Source: Sphaerodactylus townsendi
Taxonomy: Eukaryota
Length of the DNA stretch: 64,000 nt
Assembly: GCF_021028975.2 (NCBI RefSeq)
Contig: NC_059430.1
Span: 57,226,001 to 57,290,000, forward strand
Reading direction: 5' to 3'
Positions 60,338 through 64,000 of the stretch are shown piece after piece; position 1 is the stretch's first letter; every line of letters begins with the position of its first letter. A model generated the notes under the pieces. That model did not search any database and had not been told where the DNA came from. It saw only the letters and a program-made list of their open reading frames with translations. Position numbers and translations under genes: made by a program.

Positions 60338-60601
60338 NNNNNNNNNNNNNNNNNNNNNNNNNNNNNNNNNNNNNNNNNNNNNNNNNNNNNNNNNNNNNNN
60401 NNNNNNNNNNNNNNNNNNNNNNNNNNNNNNNNNNNNNNNNNNNNNNNNNNNNNNNNNNNNNNNNNNNNNNNNNNNNNNNNNNNNNNNNNNNNNNNNNNNN
60501 NNNNNNNNNNNNNNNNNNNNNNNNNNNNNNNNNNNNNNNNNNNNNNNNNNNNNNNNNNNNNNNNNNNNNNNNNNNNNNNNNNNNNNNNNNNNNNNNNNNN
60601 N
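60338..60601. other. Assembly gap, probably hiding a CR1
   Basis: Run of N directly preceded by agaacat (CR1 tail unit). Confidence 0.9.
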
Positions 60602-60940
60602 TTTTCAGGCTTGTCAAAAGATCCATCTTATCCGTCACCAGTCCTCAGATCTCACTATTACCTCACTATTAGAATATACAAGTGGGGGCTGCAAGGAACT
60701 TGAGGGAGTGATCATACCATTCCTCCACCTTTGTTTCTGCCCATCTTCCCTACTCTAATTCTTTCTCCAGTCTTCAGCCCCTCCTCTTATACTTTCTCCC
60801 ATGCCTGTCACTGTCTCTCTGCCTCTTACTTCATCACTCTCTCCCCGCCCCATCATTCCCTTTCTTTCTCTTTCTGCCTCCCCAATCCCATCACTCTTTC
60901 TTTCTGTCCCACCAGCTCATTACTGTTCCTCTCTCTTTCT

Positions 60941-61467
60941 GGCCATTTCCGCACAGCCATGCTGGGGGTTGGGTCGGCGTACATGACACCAACCCAACTC
61001 CCCCCGGGACCGTTCACATGAACGGTCCCGGTAATGAAAGGGAAGATGGCGCCACGGAGCGCCGTTGTCCGATCAACCTACCTTCTCTGCGACCGCCGGC
61101 ACATCACCGAGGCCAGGGGACATGCCCACCCTGCCCTGCGTGACCGTTCCAGAGTCGCAGGGCAGGGGGGCATGTCCCCAGGCCTCGGTGATGCGCCGGA
61201 CGGTCGCAGAGAAGGTAGGTCGATTGGGCAAAGGGGGGAGGGATGACGCCTTCCAGCTGCTGCTGTTTGCATGGCAGCGGCTGCAAGCCACCATTTTCCA
61301 AAAACCTCGCTCAGGGAGTGAGGTGGCAAAATGGCGGCTTTGCGCCGCTGGGGAGGAGCGAGGGCGGTGCGGCTGCGAAGCAGCTGCACCCCCCATGCGA
61401 ACAGCTCCCTGGGGATGGCGTTTTTGCCGTCCCCAGGGCGCTGTATTTGGCCCGTGTGGAAAGGGCC
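60941..61467. mobile_element. CpG-rich Harbinger-like MITE, full length
   Basis: TIRs ggccatttccgcaca...cgtgtggaaagggcc; collinear with 16248-16746. Confidence 0.8.
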
Positions 61468-61850
61468 CATGATTCCAACCCTGGTAACAACTCCTTATCA
61501 CAGTCACTGCAAAGTCCAATGCAATTTCTTTCACCCTGCCCCCATTGCCACTCTTAATGGCTCACCCAGAGTGACTCCAAACCTTAGCCCCAGCATTGCC
61601 ACTCTCACCATTTCACACCACATGGCTTTTAACAGAAGAGGAGGGGTAAAAGAGTTGCTATGTCAACACTTATTTTGGGAGAGATGAAACCCTCTAGTTT
61701 AATTTTTTTTATTTAGATTTTTTTTGCAAATCTTGAGTTCTCCCAAGTTTGGAGAAAAATCTCCATTCTCTCAGTGTGGGCTTGATCTGCAGACGAAGGA
61801 ATCTGCATATCTACCCACACTTGAGAAATAGATATATAGATATATCTATA

Positions 61851-62870
61851 CTAGCAATAAAACCCATTTTAAAATAAAATGGACTCTAGATAGGGGTTGG
61901 AAGAGGGCAAGCAGGGAACTGATCAGGCTGGTTGGAGGGCCACTCCTTTTCCTGCCTGCCTGCCTGCTCACACCCCCAACTTACCTTTCACTTCTTCCAC
62001 TGAATAACTCTAGGCCTTGGGATGAGAGAGAATGATGAGGGTGCTGCCTGGATCAGTGTGGAGGGCTGCTTCCTGCAACATTCCTGCTGGTCAAGGCTTG
62101 GCTTTTGGGATGGGGGGGACAGCAAACAGGCTGGATCTTTGTTTGGTGTGGGTGGTGGGGGCTTCTGTCGGGTCCTGTGGAGCATCAGTAGCTTTCCATG
62201 GGTGCCCCCACAGGACCTGGCTTGGTCATTGAGAGGGTGTGAGACAGGGAAGAGGGCTTCTCCCAAATTCTTCCTTTGAGGGGTGGTAGTGGGTGTGAAG
62301 GGGAATGGGGAGGTGTTTGCCAGGTCCAGTGAGAGGGTGGCTTCGTGCCCATGCCCCACTGGGTCCAGCTTGGTCTTTGGGGGCTGGGAGAGGGCATGTG
62401 GGGGAGTGGGGAGGCTTGGGCCAGCTCAGAAGGGCAGCTTACTGTTTGAAAGTGGGTGGAATGGGGTGGCTTGGGGTGGGAAATGGGAGACTTGAGGCAG
62501 AAGGAAGGATAGAATGGAAAGGGTAGAGGCAGGAGAGGGCAGAATGAGAAGGCTTGTTTTGGGGGTGGAGTGGGGAGGCTTGGGTCAGGGGAGGATGGAA
62601 TAGGGAGACTTGGGTCAGAGGGAGGGTGGAATTTAGCTCCTTGGGTCAGACCAGAAAGGCAGCACAAGGCAATTCGACGCTGCCCTGCCAGTCTGGTGAC
62701 TGTTGGGAGCCTGGGAGAGGATGGGCAAGGGAGTGGGGGAGGGTTAGGCCAAGCCAGTGAGGCAGCAAATGGCAACCTGGCCCTGCCCCACCAACCCAGG
62801 TGGTTGTTGGGGCCTGGGAAAGGGCAGGGGAGTGAGTCTGATATGTTGGGAGGGGATTTTTGTCATAACA
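61851..62870 (-). mobile_element. Probable non-autonomous Helitron with G-rich body
   Basis: Minus-strand end is an 8-bp hairpin (ccatttta/taaaatgg, 61864-61882) followed by CTAG|T at 61851. The 5' end was not located. Confidence 0.5.
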
Positions 62871-64000
62871 TTCCACAACTTAGTGAATTTTGTGTAGAGA
62901 TACATAAACAATAACTTCTAATGCAAATAAATTCAGGTTTTGAAACATAATTAGAAGTTTATTTTTAGCATGTATTCCTTGTTGAACAGCACATGTATCA
63001 GGACCAATAGCTATATCCACAGCCATCCATATACAATAATTTTTATTTTTTTTAATTGTTTGATAGCAAGTATAACATGTCCCCCATGAAGCATTTTTTT
63101 TAAATGTCATGTGAATATGAAAGCATATCTTGTTGCCATCTTAACAGGGAAATTACAGATCTCTATTTTGTAAAAACACATTTGAACCAAGTAGTGCAAT
63201 CACTATCCACATTATGCAATGAATGCCTTTTCCTGATACAAACTTTAGACTGAATCAAAGACTGAACAAATTGAAAAAGCTTTTTTATTCTTTTCCAAAT
63301 TTTTGGTGCACTGAATATCTATGAAAGTTATTTTTTTAAAATGTCAACATGTCCATTTTTGTATGATAGCTCACTGTGAATTTGGATGTGGTTGTATTCT
63401 GTTCTGCTTCTTTGTTTTGTTTTGCTTCCTACACCTCATGCTATTTATTTTTCCAGTGGCTATATATCACAGCATCAGTCTACAGTTCTTTGCAATGTTG
63501 TTTGTAGGTAGTTAATCAATATAAATGCTGGTAGTTATTGATCAATGGTCTGTCCAGAGACTTCTTCACTATTACATTACTACACAGTACTCCTCTAAAA
63601 TATGAATTGTTTACCATTGCTTGTCATTTAGGATTAGCTTTGGCCACTTTGCCTTATCTCTGAGAATGAAGAACCCTTTTCTCTTTGAGTGAGAGGAGGG
63701 GCGAAACATATTTTTCAAGGTTTTCCTATCTAATCAGTTTTGATGGACACATTTCTAATGATTTCCATTATTGTATTCTGTGTATTCTCAATTCCAAGCA
63801 GGAATCACGGCAGCTGTGCTTATGTGAAAAAAAAGTTAACAAATAACTAGGAATACTTACACACTCAGTCAAAATTTGCTTTAAATAATTACTTTTTTGT
63901 GTCATGCAATACTGTGATTCCTTCTTACTGTGGGAGTATGCATCCCTTTCTCCACAATCTGAGTTCTTTTTGCTTACCTTAACTATGAATAAGGACACAT

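Noticed and set aside
62185-62775. 196-aa Pro-rich ORF, and 23195-23647
   Set aside because: By-products of purine/pyrimidine-skewed low-complexity sequence.

Overview
Non-coding, repeat-dense eukaryotic DNA. The repeat content (CR1, L1, L2 and RTE-X-like LINEs, Penelope elements, tRNA- and 5S-derived SINEs, hAT, Tc1/pogo and Harbinger-like MITEs, Helitrons) points to a squamate reptile, probably a gecko (inference). I could not identify any host protein-coding exon, so this is probably a large intron or an intergenic region. The main feature is a ~5.6 kb GC-rich Ngaro-type tyrosine-recombinase retrotransposon on the minus strand (~28790-34420). It has a CCAAT/GC/TATA promoter, gag with a CCCH+CCHC zinc finger, RT-RNase H, an intact tyrosine recombinase ORF and a downstream SGNH-hydrolase ORF. 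Other notable items are a separate DIRS1-type relic with a methyltransferase-like domain (~54.1-55.0 kb), a Penelope insertion with an inverted terminal repeat, a 15-bp TSD and hammerhead-ribozyme cores, and two copies of a non-autonomous Helitron carrying a 45-nt (15-aa) repeat. An old L1 holds three nested insertions, and there is a near-perfect 64-bp-arm palindrome. Four assembly gaps are present. All family assignments come from motif recognition by eye, not from database searches.
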